DNA of 64,000 nucleotides from Yuukianura sp. NJ FZ-2021 (Eukaryota): NCBI GenBank assembly GCA_046563655.1, contig CM102284.1, positions 682,001 to 746,000 of the forward strand, read 5' to 3'. Shown piece by piece: positions 11,824 to 22,438 of this stretch (position 1 is its first letter; each line of letters starts with the position of its first letter). The notes under the pieces were generated by a model. It saw only the letters and a program-made list of their open reading frames with translations, ran no database searches and was not told where the DNA came from. The position numbers and the translations under genes were made by a program.

Positions 11824-12069
11824 ATGTCATCAAAATTTATTTCATTCGCGCTTATTTTGTTGCTGGTTACCACCTCATTCTGTACCCCAATTTCCAAACG
11901 TCAAGAAAATCAAAAGGCTGGACGATGGGAACAATTTAAAACAAAATTGACCAATAGCGAACTTACTCCAGACTGCATTGGACAATTCTTACCGTTGCCA
12001 AGTTGCATAGCGAAACTCGGCTGGAGAAACATTAAGGACGCTGCTAAAGTTGTAATTGGCAAAACTTAA
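11824..12069 (+). CDS. Small secreted peptide precursor, cecropin-like candidate antimicrobial peptide (81 aa, single exon)
   Basis: MSSKFISFALILLLVTTSFC signal peptide, KR dibasic site, then ...GRWEQFKTKL...C-x9-C...GWRNIKDAAKVVIGKT*. AATAAA follows at about 12117. Confidence 0.7.
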   Translation: MSSKFISFALILLLVTTSFCTPISKRQENQKAGRWEQFKTKLTNSELTPDCIGQFLPLPSCIAKLGWRNIKDAAKVVIGKT

Positions 12070-12403
12070 ATTGTTCCCAAAAAGTTTACGCAAGATTAAG
12101 AATAATTTACATTAGCAATAAAATTTTTGAAAATTTACCGTAGAATTTGTCTACTCATAGTAATCAATCGTAATATTTTATTTCAAAAAATGTGGAAAAT
12201 ATATTTCACTATAGAGGTGCCTTAAATATTACAACATTCTGTAATATTAGAGCATAGAATTGCAGTATAACTATTACCAACACTGTGTGATATTTAATTA
12301 TAATATTACAATGTACCAACAGAAACAACAGTATTGCAATAACAATAAGATTAGTATAACAATTGAGCATTAGTATTGAAATTTAAATTAACAAGTTTCC
12401 CGC

Positions 12404-13191
12404 AAGATTGAGAGCATGCCAAGAACCACATACAGGCGCATGGCTACAAGCTCTTCCAGCCAGACAACTTGGGACTCACTTAGATGATGTGGCCTTCCAG
12501 ATTTCTGTCGGATTACGTCTGGGTTGCAACATCTGTGAACCTCATCGTTGTCACTGTGGTCAGGAAGTTACTTCTCTAGGACTCCATGGTCTCCATTGTC
12601 CCAAGAGTGCCGGAAGATCCTGTAGACATTCAAGTTCCAATGACCTAATCCTTCGTGCTCTGCGGACAGCTGACACTCCTTGTATTCGCGAACCCCCTGG
12701 ACTCTCAAGACACGATGGGCGCCATCCTGATGGACTAACTCTTGTGCCTTGGAAAAACGGAAAGTCGTTAATCTGGGATTTTACATGTGTCGACACCTAT
12801 GCACCTTCATATCTCCTACACTCCTCCTCCAACGCCGGTTACGCTGCACACCAAGCCGAAAATCGGAAGAAATCACACTATAGCAGTCTTTCAAATAACT
12901 ACATCTTCGCAGCAGTTGCAATCGAGACTACTGGTGTTTTCGGGAAAGACGCAGTTAAATTTATTCGCGAAATCGGTTCAAGGATCATGAAAATCACAGG
13001 CGAAAAGAAATCAACCTCTTATTTATTCCAACGCCTCAGCATCGCCACCCAACGTGGGAATGCAGCCTCCGTTCTTGGTACCCTTCCCACCGGACGTCAT
13101 CTCACAGAAGTGTTTCTACTATAATCTCAGAATTTTCAATAACTTTTTCAACCCACATTTTGTGGGTGTAAGTGTTGTTAAATAAAACAAA
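12404..13191 (+). mobile_element. 5'-truncated non-LTR retrotransposon, CRE-like clade (CCHC knuckle plus restriction-like endonuclease)
   Basis: ORF 12408-13124 has GAWLQALP...LG, CHC-x9-H-x3-C, RH, REP...HPDGLT..PW...LIWDFTCVD, K..HY, AIETTGVFG and QRLSIATQRGNA, typical of RLE C-termini. 3' UTR has a hairpin, AATAAA and an A-rich tail. Flanking direct repeat AAGTTTCCCGC at 12393-12403 and 13192-13202. Confidence 0.85.
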
Positions 13192-13205
13192 AAGTTTCCC
13201 GCCTG

Positions 13206-13511
13206 TTAGCCTAAGATTGCAGCGTATCCGTGGTCGTCTTCTCGATGCTTGTGTCGGAGGGAACTCGGTCTGTACTGAACACGGCGCTGTGCGTACCGAC
13301 GGTAAGGTCTAGCAAATAAGTTGTACCGCCGTGGATACCAGGAGTAGTGGTACCGGTATGGACGACGAAACAAAAATTTGCCTTCGCGTTCTGACAATAG
13401 TTCGGCTTCAGTTTCGGCATTTTGTGCAGCCGCGGCGGTGGTCGCGGCAAATATGAAACTCAGCGTCACGAATAATAATGTCCATAAAACAATAGCGTTG
13501 CACTGCATCAT
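13206..13511 (-). CDS. Secreted Arg/Tyr-rich peptide precursor (101 aa)
   Basis: Hydrophobic signal peptide, acidic pro-segment (AETEAELLSEREGK), then a cationic aromatic region FLFRRPYRYHYSWYPRRYNLFARPYRRYAQRR. Splice acceptor just 5' of the ATG (about 13525). TATAAAA on the minus strand at 13861-13855. Confidence 0.7.
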   Translation of the reverse strand: MMQCNAIVLWTLLFVTLSFIFAATTAAAAQNAETEAELLSEREGKFLFRRPYRYHYSWYPRRYNLFARPYRRYAQRRVQYRPSSLRHKHREDDHGYAAILG

Positions 13512-14494
13512 TATACGTTTGTTCCTGAAAAAAAAAGAAAAACTGATTTTGAAAATTTGACAACATTGTACGCACTATAATTTTTTTTTACTGCGAAATT
13601 TGCTTAAAAGAAATTGCGCTATTAAACTTGGAGTGTGAATGACGCTTAACGTCAATCAAAATTTCAGCTTCAACTTGCAAAATCAACGATAAAAACGTTC
13701 TAAAAAGCGGTAAAAACGTTTTAAGATTTAGCAGTAAAAATAAATTTTGTTGTTTCTCACTTTTTAACAGTAATTTGATGTAAGTGACGAGTGATGCCCG
13801 ATTTGTCTGCTTAAGGTAACTGAACTACCGTGGCAATGGCCTGGTTGACGTTCGTTTTATACTGAAAACCAAACGGTGACTCAAGTTTAAAGTGTCAATG
13901 TCCAAGAACTGACATGGTGTCATCACACTTTTACATGAGGTGTGACTTATTTTGTGTGTCAGAGATAATTAGCAATTTCGCACTTCCTGAAACAAAGGCT
14001 ATTTGCATAAGTTCATTAAAATCTTAGTCACCACCTCAACTTACAAGCAACAACAACGGTTTCAGTGAGGTGTGAAGCGGAGGTGACCGCACTTTGTAAA
14101 AATATATGTAATTACTCAATAATTTAAATGATATTTAAAAAAAAACTTTCGAGCATCAACAAGTGAGAGATTTCAAAAACGAAAGTGAAATGAGAAAGTG
14201 CTAGCATAAATTTTAAATTTACGGTAATTGAAACAGAAACTCTTTTGCATTTTAGAAAATTTTTCTTTCTTTGTGTTGTTGCATAAATTTTGATTGAATA
14301 GAAGTTCTGTACACGATTGCACTCTACACTTATTATAGTGTATTTAACTATTTAAATCACATTTAATCACTATATTAACTAATAAAAATTATAGTTCAAT
14401 TGAAAATTGCTGGTAGTTCCAAAAGTTAAAGTACAGTTGGATTTTTATCAATTCAAGTAAAATAAAATGTGTGAAATGTGTAAATGTGTAAAAT

Positions 14495-15961
14495 AAACTT
14501 CTCGCAAAGACGAAATAAACAAGTATCGTCAGATCAATTGAAATTCCAAAAAGTTAAAAGTTTACTATGAAAATCACTCTTTCTAAATAACATAATTTGA
14601 AATTCCAAAAAGTTAAAAGTTTACTATGAAAATCACTCTTTCTAAATAACATAATTCCACATTCCAAAAAGTTAAAAGTTTACTATGAAAATCACTCTTT
14701 CTAAATAACATAATTCCACATTCCAAAAAGTTAAAAGTTTACTATGAAAATCACTCTTTCTAAATAACATAATTCCACATTCCAAAAAGTTAAAAGTTTA
14801 CTATGAAAATCACTCTTTCTAAATAACATAAATTCCAAATTCCAAAAAGTTAAAAGTTTACTATGAAAATCACTCTTTCTAAATAACATAATTCCACATT
14901 CCAAAAAGTTAAAAGTTTACTATGAAAATCACTCTTTCTAAATAACATAATTTGAAATTCCAAAAAGTTAAAAGTTTACTATGAAAATCACTCTTTCTAA
15001 ATAACATAATTTGAAATTCCAAAAAGTTAAAAGTTTACTATGAAAATCACTCTTTCTAAATAACATAATTTGAAATTCCAAAAAGTTAAAAGTTTACTAT
15101 GAAAATCACTCTTTCTAAATAACATAATTTGAAATTCCAAAAAGTTAAAAGTTTACTATGAAAATCACTCTTTCTAAATAACATAATTTCAAATTCCAAA
15201 AAGTTAAAAGTTTACTATGAAAATCACTCTTTCTAAATAACATAATTTGAAATTCCAAAAAGTTAAAAGTTTACTATGAAAATCACTCTTTCTACATAAC
15301 ATAATTTGAAATTCCAAAAAGTTAAAAGTTTACTATGAAAGTCACTCTTTCTAAATAACATAATTTGAAATTCCAAAAAGTTAAAAGTTTACTATGAAAA
15401 TCACTCTTTCTAAATAACATAATTTGAAATTCCAAAAAGTTAAAAGTTTACTATGAAAATCACTCTTTCTAAATAACATAAATTCCAAATTCCAAAAAGT
15501 TAAAAGTTTACTATGAAAATCACTCTTTCTAAATAACATAATTCCACATTCCAAAAAGTTAAAAGTTTACTATGAAAATCACTCTTTCTAAATAACATAA
15601 TTCCACATTCCAAAAAGTTAAAAGTTTACTATGAAAATCACTTTTTCTAAATAACATAATTCCACATTCCAAAAAGTTAAAAGTTTACTATGAAAATCAC
15701 TCTTTTTAAATAACACAATTGGAAATATTAGCCTGACATGCTTGAGCTTAGACACCATTAGAGGTAACTCGAAGTGAATCCAAAAACTAATTTTTAGGTA
15801 TCTGGTCAGTAGTTAGTTACTAATTTAAAAACACCGCTTAGAAATCAATGCAGTGGTTATCGAGTTGTAAACATTAGACGGACGGATGGACGGACGGACG
15901 GACGGACAGACGGACGGACGGACGGACAAGACGATGCCTATAAGTATCTGACGATACTTAA
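14495..15961 (-). mobile_element. Non-autonomous Helentron-type element (DINE-1/HINE-like) with central tandem repeats
   Basis: 14-bp subterminal inverted repeats AAGTATCGTCAGAT (14521-14534) and ATCTGACGATACTT (15946-15959). The right copy sits in the hairpin TAAGTATC-TGAC-GATACTTA (15941-15960). (GTCY)n microsatellite on the minus strand at about 15877-15928, central tandem array, and an imperfect stem-loop outside the left subTIR. Confidence 0.75.
14541..15722. repeat. Tandem array, 20 copies of a 59-bp unit (two units are 60 bp)
   Basis: Unit AAATTCCAAAAAGTTAAAAGTTTACTATGAAAATCACTCTTTCTAAATAACATAATTTG, near-identical head-to-tail copies. Variation is almost confined to the unit junction. 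Confidence 0.97.
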
Positions 15962-16547
15962 TAAAAATGAAATAAAGTAAAATAACAAATAAAATAATTA
16001 TAATGTGTAGTAAGTGAAAGTTTCAGTTGGGATTTTCGCATCTCCGGCGTATCTGCGTATCTTATTTATGGTCATCCCACCTCCTCTGTTCTTCCTTCCA
16101 CTCCACAACTTATTGACAGTTTAGGAATATTAATTAAAAGTTAAGAATTTATTTCTGCAATTAGTCGGCCACCAATCAATCATCAACTTACCCCAACTTC
16201 GTTTCCAGACTCCACAGTTAGTTCACCTTTTTGTATTTATTCATCGTTAAAGTTAACAAGCATGACCAGATTACTTTGATCTACCTAAACCACAAACCAA
16301 GATTTCTGAACGATTTATTTTCCTTTCAAACGGGCTGTAGTTTCCACTTAATTGGTAGCTTACTGCTGTATTAACTTTGCATTTAACTAATGGATTAGTC
16401 TCTTTGAGCAGACCAATTACTTCGCTATTTGTTATGTGAGCTGTCAAAATCAGCTGATCTCGTGACAGTTGACAGTACAGCCATCGACATAAGTTTTGCT
16501 TAGGAATTTTATTCTTTTGTATTTTTTATTACAGGAACTCCGAAACC

Positions 16548-19500
16548 ATGGCGGATAAGGACGTTGAATTCCCCAGCTTATCTTTGACACCGAAACGAGA
16601 AACAGGAGTTCTCAACTTCTTGCAAAAGTTTGGGCCAGAGTATGACGGACGTGGAGTTGTGATCGCCATCTTGGATTCCGGAGTTGACCCTGCTGCCGCT
16701 GGAATGAAGGTGCCATATCTTTGAACACAACTAATCACGTCATTTCGTAAGCTTAATCATAAAAGTATGACTTGATTTTGAATCTGAATAGGTTACAACT
16801 ACCGGTGAGCCAAAGGTGATTGAGCGCTACGACTGTTCCGGTGCAGGAGATGTTGATACGAAAACTATCCTCACTCCACTTGAAGATGGAACTGTAACTG
16901 GATTCGACGGAACTGTATTCAAGGTATTGTTGATCGAAATTATTCTAAAAACTTAAGTACTAATTAACTAAAAAGTAAAAGTTGACAATGTACTGTTTTC
17001 AGATTCCTGAGACATGGGATAATCCCTCCGGTACTTTTCGCTGTAAGACCAACTAAAAACTCTAATTGAAACTGTATGATTTTTCTTCAAAAACTTTTTC
17101 AACTTTTGAAAATTTTGAAATTCGTAGACGGTACAAAGCCTCTCTATGATCTCTACACGCCAAAGATGCGAGAGCAGATTGAAGCCAAGAGAAAAGAGGA
17201 ATTCTGGGACAAGCAGCAGCGTCTGGCGGCTGCCGATGCTCTGCGTACCTCTCCAATAAACAACAATGGCAATAACCCTGGACCTCAACTGGACAAACTG
17301 GACAAGGAAGAGTCAGAAGCCAAACTAGAAGCCTTGGACTTACTAGAGAAGAAGTACAAAGACTATGGACCCATCATCCAGTTAGTAACTTAGATCTTTC
17401 ACGTTAATCGATTAACGATATTAACTAATTAAGCAGCTCAGCTGATTTACCAAAGTACTTAATGTGTCTAGTTGCTTCATGTTTCGAGATGCATCGGATG
17501 ACTGGAACGTTGCTCTAGCCCTTTCTCCTGATCTCACGCAAGTTAAACTTCTAAGTAAGTTGCGCTTTCGTTTCTTGAACGATTTTTTTTTGAATTTCGA
17601 AATTATCAAACTTTGGAATTTTAAAATTTTGAAACTTTTGAACTCTCAGAGGAGTATTCCAAGAATCAGAGCCACATGTATCTCACCAAGGACGACAGGG
17701 TTACTGTGAGTGTTAACGTATGGGAAGACGGTGAACGGCTGGAAATTGCCCATTTATGCAGTGGGCATGGAACGCATGTCGCTGCAATCGCTGCAGCGTA
17801 CTTCCCGAATCTACCGGAACTAAACGGAGTTGCCCCTGGAGCTCAGATCATCTCTCTATCCATCGGAGACTCTCGACTCAGTAAGCAATTTCTAGAAAAT
17901 TCAAAAAAAGTTTCAAAGTCCAAGTCGAGTTTTTCAAGTTTTTTTTAGTAAGTTGTAACTTTTTGTTTCGTTTTCAGACTCAATGGAGACAATGACTGCT
18001 GTGTCGCGAGCCCTTTGTTTTGTCCAGAAGAACGCCCATAGAATCCACCTTCTGAACATGTCCTACGGAGAACACTCCCATTTTAACGGTCGCGTCGGAG
18101 AACTCATGAAAGAGACGATTGACAAGTACGGAGTGATTGCCTTCGCATCAGCTGGAAACCACGGTCCAGCATTGTCCACCGTCACGACTCCGCCGTTCAT
18201 CTCTGACAATAATGTCATCGGCGTAGGAGCTTACGTGTCACCACAAATGATGGAAGCCGAATACTCTCTTCGTGAAAAACTGGAAGCTGGAATCTACACT
18301 TGGAGTTCCCGTGGACCAACACTCAACGGCGACATTGGAATCAGCGTCTGTGCTCCTGGAGGAGCCATCACCAGTGTCCCACCCTCGCTTCAGCGCTGTG
18401 CTCAGCTCATGAATGGTAAGCTGAATAACCGCTTGATAGACAATGAACGAGAGTGAAAAAAAAATGAGAAAATCGAGTTGGATTCGAACCCACATGTCGC
18501 TTCAATACGTCCGGGAAGCGCTCTAACCCTTGAGCTATCAGGCTCCAGTCTTTCCTGGATAGAAGAGATGTGTGTTCGAATCCCACTCGACTGGTGATTT
18601 TTTTTCTTAGTATCCTAACGTGACCTTGTGAATCGCTGCAGGTACTTCGATGGCGAGTCCACATTGTGCTGGAGTGGGTGCTCTGCTGATATGTGCTGCC
18701 AAAGCCAGAAACATTCCTTACTCTCCGTACAGCATGAAACTCGCTATGGTGAATGCCGCCCTGGCAGTTGATTCTGCCGATCCATTTAGTATGGGTGGTG
18801 GACTTGTTCAAGTGGAACGAAGTTTAGAAAAACTGGAAATGCTGGCAACTGCTCCCGAAAGAGACGTCAGGTTCCAAGTATCTGTGGGAGGAAGTCAGAA
18901 GGGAATTTACATCAGAGACAAGCGATTGGCCCAGAAGGAGTATTCTGTCACAGTGGAACCAATTTTCTACAAAGACAATACAATTGGTAGAAACAACTTC
19001 ATAAAAAAATCATTTTCAAAATCTAAACTTTTCAAAATTTTAACTTCGAAACTGACTTTTTATCTACTTGCAGATCTTCAAGCCAAGATTGACTTTCGTC
19101 TGAACATGATTCTGGTCGCAACTGTGCCATGGGTGATGGCCCCTTGTTTCCTGGACATGTCCAACGTCAGTCGCACGTTTTCAGTAAAAGTGGAGCTGGA
19201 AGGCCTGTCACCGGGAGTTCACTACGGAATGTAAGTTTAAAAAAAATAGAACGATTTGAATTTGAATTTGACAGAAATACATCTAGTACTATAAAATCTT
19301 GGAGTTATTTGAACAATTTTGTTTTTTTTATTGCAGAGTGGAAGCCTTCGATGTGAACGGAGTCACCAGAGGACCAGTTTTCAAAGTTCACGTGACAGCA
19401 GTCGTTCCGACACAGTTGCAACTTCCGAATTATATCGAACTGCCATTGGTCAACTTCGAGCCAAACGTCATCAAAAGAAACTTCTTCGTTGTTCCTCGCG

Positions 19501-21569
19501 GAGCTAACTTTGTCGGTAAGAAACATTTTGGAACCAAAATCCATTTCTGAAAAGAACTTTCCAAAATCCAGTTTCAGAAAACAAAAATCTTATTTATAAG
19601 GAGCTTCTTTGGGGTAATCCGAGATTTGTTGTGTTTTTAGCTCTCAATTTGAAAAACAATGGATCCGGTCCATGTCGCTTAGTCGTCCACGCTTTGACTT
19701 TAATTCAAGGTCAATATTGCAAAGCAGAAGAGTTTTACAAAATAGTGACAATTTCTGCCGGGGAAGAAACTATCCTCAACTTCAAGGCTCTGGTAAAATT
19801 TCAAAAACTGCTTATTATTTTTTTTCAAAATTTTGAACCATTTGGGGTAATTTGTTACAGGAGGACAAAGTAATTGAAATCTGCATCGGACGATGGTGGG
19901 CAGATGCCAAGGACTCGATTCCAATCCAGACCAAGATTACATTCAAATCTGTCCTTGCTCACTTATCAGAAGTTGTTGCTTCTGCGTCAGATATTTACGC
20001 CAGAGTCAATGTCACTTCTGCGTTTCAATCAGAAGAAATCCAACCAACGGCTATGCTTAAACATCAAGTATGTTTACTCCGAGGATCCAGTTTTAGTCTC
20101 CAGAGTTTGTCGGAAGAAAGGAATGCTTTTCCAGAGAGCAAAGTCATGTTTGAACTTATTGCGACATATCCAGTCACAATTTCCCGTCCTACGACCATCA
20201 CCATAAACTGCACTTTGTTATCGGAACTGCTGTATGAAGGAGAGTACGAAAGTCAACTCTGGATGCTGTTTGATGCCAACAAACGTATGGTCGGAGTCGG
20301 GGATGCTTATCCACATCACGTAAGTTTTTCAAAAGAGGTTCAAAATTTTGATGTTTCAAGTTTTTGTATCATTTTTGAATTTTGCAGTATCCAATTAAAC
20401 TTGAGAAGGGTGAGTACACTCTGAGACTTCACGTTCGTCATGACAAGCGTGACTTTTTGGAAAAACTGGTCAATGGATATCCGAATTTCTCTGGAGAATC
20501 GATATCCCCAACACTGCCAGTACTTCTGACTGCCAAACTTCAATCAAACATTACGCTCAACGTGCATCAAAGTCTGTCGGATTTGCAAACCGGCAAAAAA
20601 GGAACTGGCTGGAATCTGAATTTGAAAAAAGGCACTTCAACTCCCATTTTTCTGTCAACAGTCATCCCGGAAAAGTAATGCAAATGTTACCTCACATTAT
20701 GCTAAGATTTTAAGATTTTTAAGTTTTATGTTATTTACGATTTACGTTTTTACATTTTACCTCATTTACGATTTACGTTGTATTTTTACAGAAACCTTAA
20801 GAACTTACCCTGTGGCCAATCTACTCACTACTTCACTGGATCCCTTCTGCTTCAAAAAGATGAAAAGCGGGCACTGCCTGTGCGCCTGTTTGTGCCCGAA
20901 CCGGCTCCAAAAGTCAAAATTCCTTCTGCAGACAAACCCAAAGACGAAATTCTGGATCAAATGCGAGACATTCGTGTTTCTTGGATGTCAAAAGTCGATA
21001 AAGAAGAATCGCTGAAGCTGTACAACGAACTTGTTCAGTCCCACCCGTCCCACCTTGGAATCTACACTGCTCGAATTGCAGCACTGGAAGCTCAGTTGAA
21101 GGAAACTATTGAAGCTGAAGCAGTTGCTGAGATCCAAGCAGAAATCAAGAACTTGATCAATCTCGTCACGACTCAAATTGAAAAGGCTCCACTTCTGGCC
21201 TACTTTGCCACTAAAGCTCCCGATGCCAAGCTGAAACAACAAATGGAACGAGCCAAGCTGGCCTTCGTGGAGGTCAATGTCAAAAGAGGACTTTTGTTTC
21301 CAGAAGAAGCTTCTGAGGCATGGGCTGAAGCGACGAGTTTCTGTGACCCGAGTGATAGTAAAGTGGTTGACCTCACGGTTCAAGATGCAATAGGCAGAGG
21401 TCACTTGGGGAGGGCCCTTAAGTACCTACTCAAGTCAGAAGATACTTCGGGAGAGAAGGAGAAGAAGTTGGCAGAGGTGGTGGAGAAGTTGGGCTGGGGT
21501 GGGGCCATTTGGTGGCTCAATGAACAGGCTAAATTCAAGGCAGCAATGAAGGACTACCGTCTCTTTTAA
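16548..21569 (+). CDS. TPP2: Tripeptidyl-peptidase II (subtilase family S8), multi-exon
   Basis: MADKDVEFP...PKRETG...[17 protein letters not shown] (Asp), [12 protein letters not shown] (His), [30 protein letters not shown] (Ser), [35 protein letters not shown]-terminal DYRLF*. Confidence 0.97.
18472..18592 (-). mobile_element. tRNA-derived fold-back repeat in a TPP2 intron
   Basis: Minus strand has TAGCTCAAGGGTTAGAGCG (A box) and GGTTCGAATCC (B box). A second, inverted B-box arm (ATGTGTGTTCGAATCCCACTCGA) makes the unit an imperfect palindrome. Confidence 0.6.
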
Positions 21570-21619
21570 GGTTAAGGTATGGAAAAAAAAACGTTATTAC
21601 TTGTACCATAGCTCCTCCC

Positions 21620-21900
21620 ATGTGGCTCGAAACGTTTTAAATACGTTTTTGGCTCTAATTGTTTCAAAAACGTTTTTGGCTATAAACGTTTGAAAAACGT
21701 CTTTGGCTATAACCGTTTCAAAAACGTTTTTGACTCGGAACGCTTGTAAAACGTTTTTGGTGCGATGCGTTTCATAAAAGTTATTGATTCGAAACGTTTC
21801 GAAGACGTTTTTCGGTGGAAACTTTCCAAAACGTTTCGGAAACGTTTTTGGTTCAAAGCGTCTCACGAAACGTGTCAAATCGTTTTGAAACGTTTTTTGC
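21620..21900. repeat. Degenerate roughly 30-bp tandem repeat rich in AAACGTTT palindromes, 3' of TPP2
   Basis: Recurrent AAAACGTTTTTGGCT(A/C)TAA..GTTT units. Confidence 0.75.
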
Positions 21901-22380
21901 ACCGAGTCGATGCACTTTACGCCTACGTCATTGCGGTATGTGTAACGTTAAGGTTAAATATGTTTTTGGACTTAACTTAAATCTTAAGTTATTATTATCT
22001 TTACATGTTAATAAAAATCTTTCTGCAAGTTCAGCAGTGCTTAATTTTTTCTACGTTTCGAAACTCATATTTTGCGAGTTTGAAATTGAAATTGACACTC
22101 CATCATGAGAAACATTTTTTTTTGAATGAGTCAAACACAACGGCATGAAACTTTTGCGCAATTTTGCTAATGTTTTTGTTTTGAGCCAATTAAAATCTGC
22201 TGGAGAAATTTGGCATTGAACGCATAGAGGCTGAGGCAGAGAAGCCAAATAATTTTTACGATTGTTTGTTTGTGTGTATAGGTAGGTAGGTGTTTGTGGT
22301 TATGTGATTGGCTAGTGCGCAATTGGTTGAAATGAAAATGGCTCAAATTAAAGAAATTGGACTTGAAAGTAACCATCATT

Positions 22381-22438
22381 GATAGTTACCATAACCTTGA
22401 TGGTTACCATAACCTTAATGGTTACCATAACCTCAATG
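22381..22438. repeat. 18-bp tandem repeat x3
   Basis: ATGGTTACCATAACCTT(G/A)-type unit repeated three times. Confidence 0.8.

Noticed and set aside
14541..15722. CRISPR-like array
   Set aside because: Units are contiguous with only four recurring junction variants. There are no unique spacers and no cas genes, and the context is eukaryotic. It is a TE-internal satellite.
12404..15961. Functional link between the nuclease ORF and the nearby repeat array (guide-array system)
   Set aside because: The nuclease ORF is a truncated retrotransposon closed by its own TSD and has no start or RT domain. The array has its own Helentron-like ends, a host gene lies between them, and they share no sequence.
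21597..22108. ORFs 21597-21902, 21765-21980 and 21815-22108
   Set aside because: They are translations of the AAACGTTT-rich repeat with no protein-like features.
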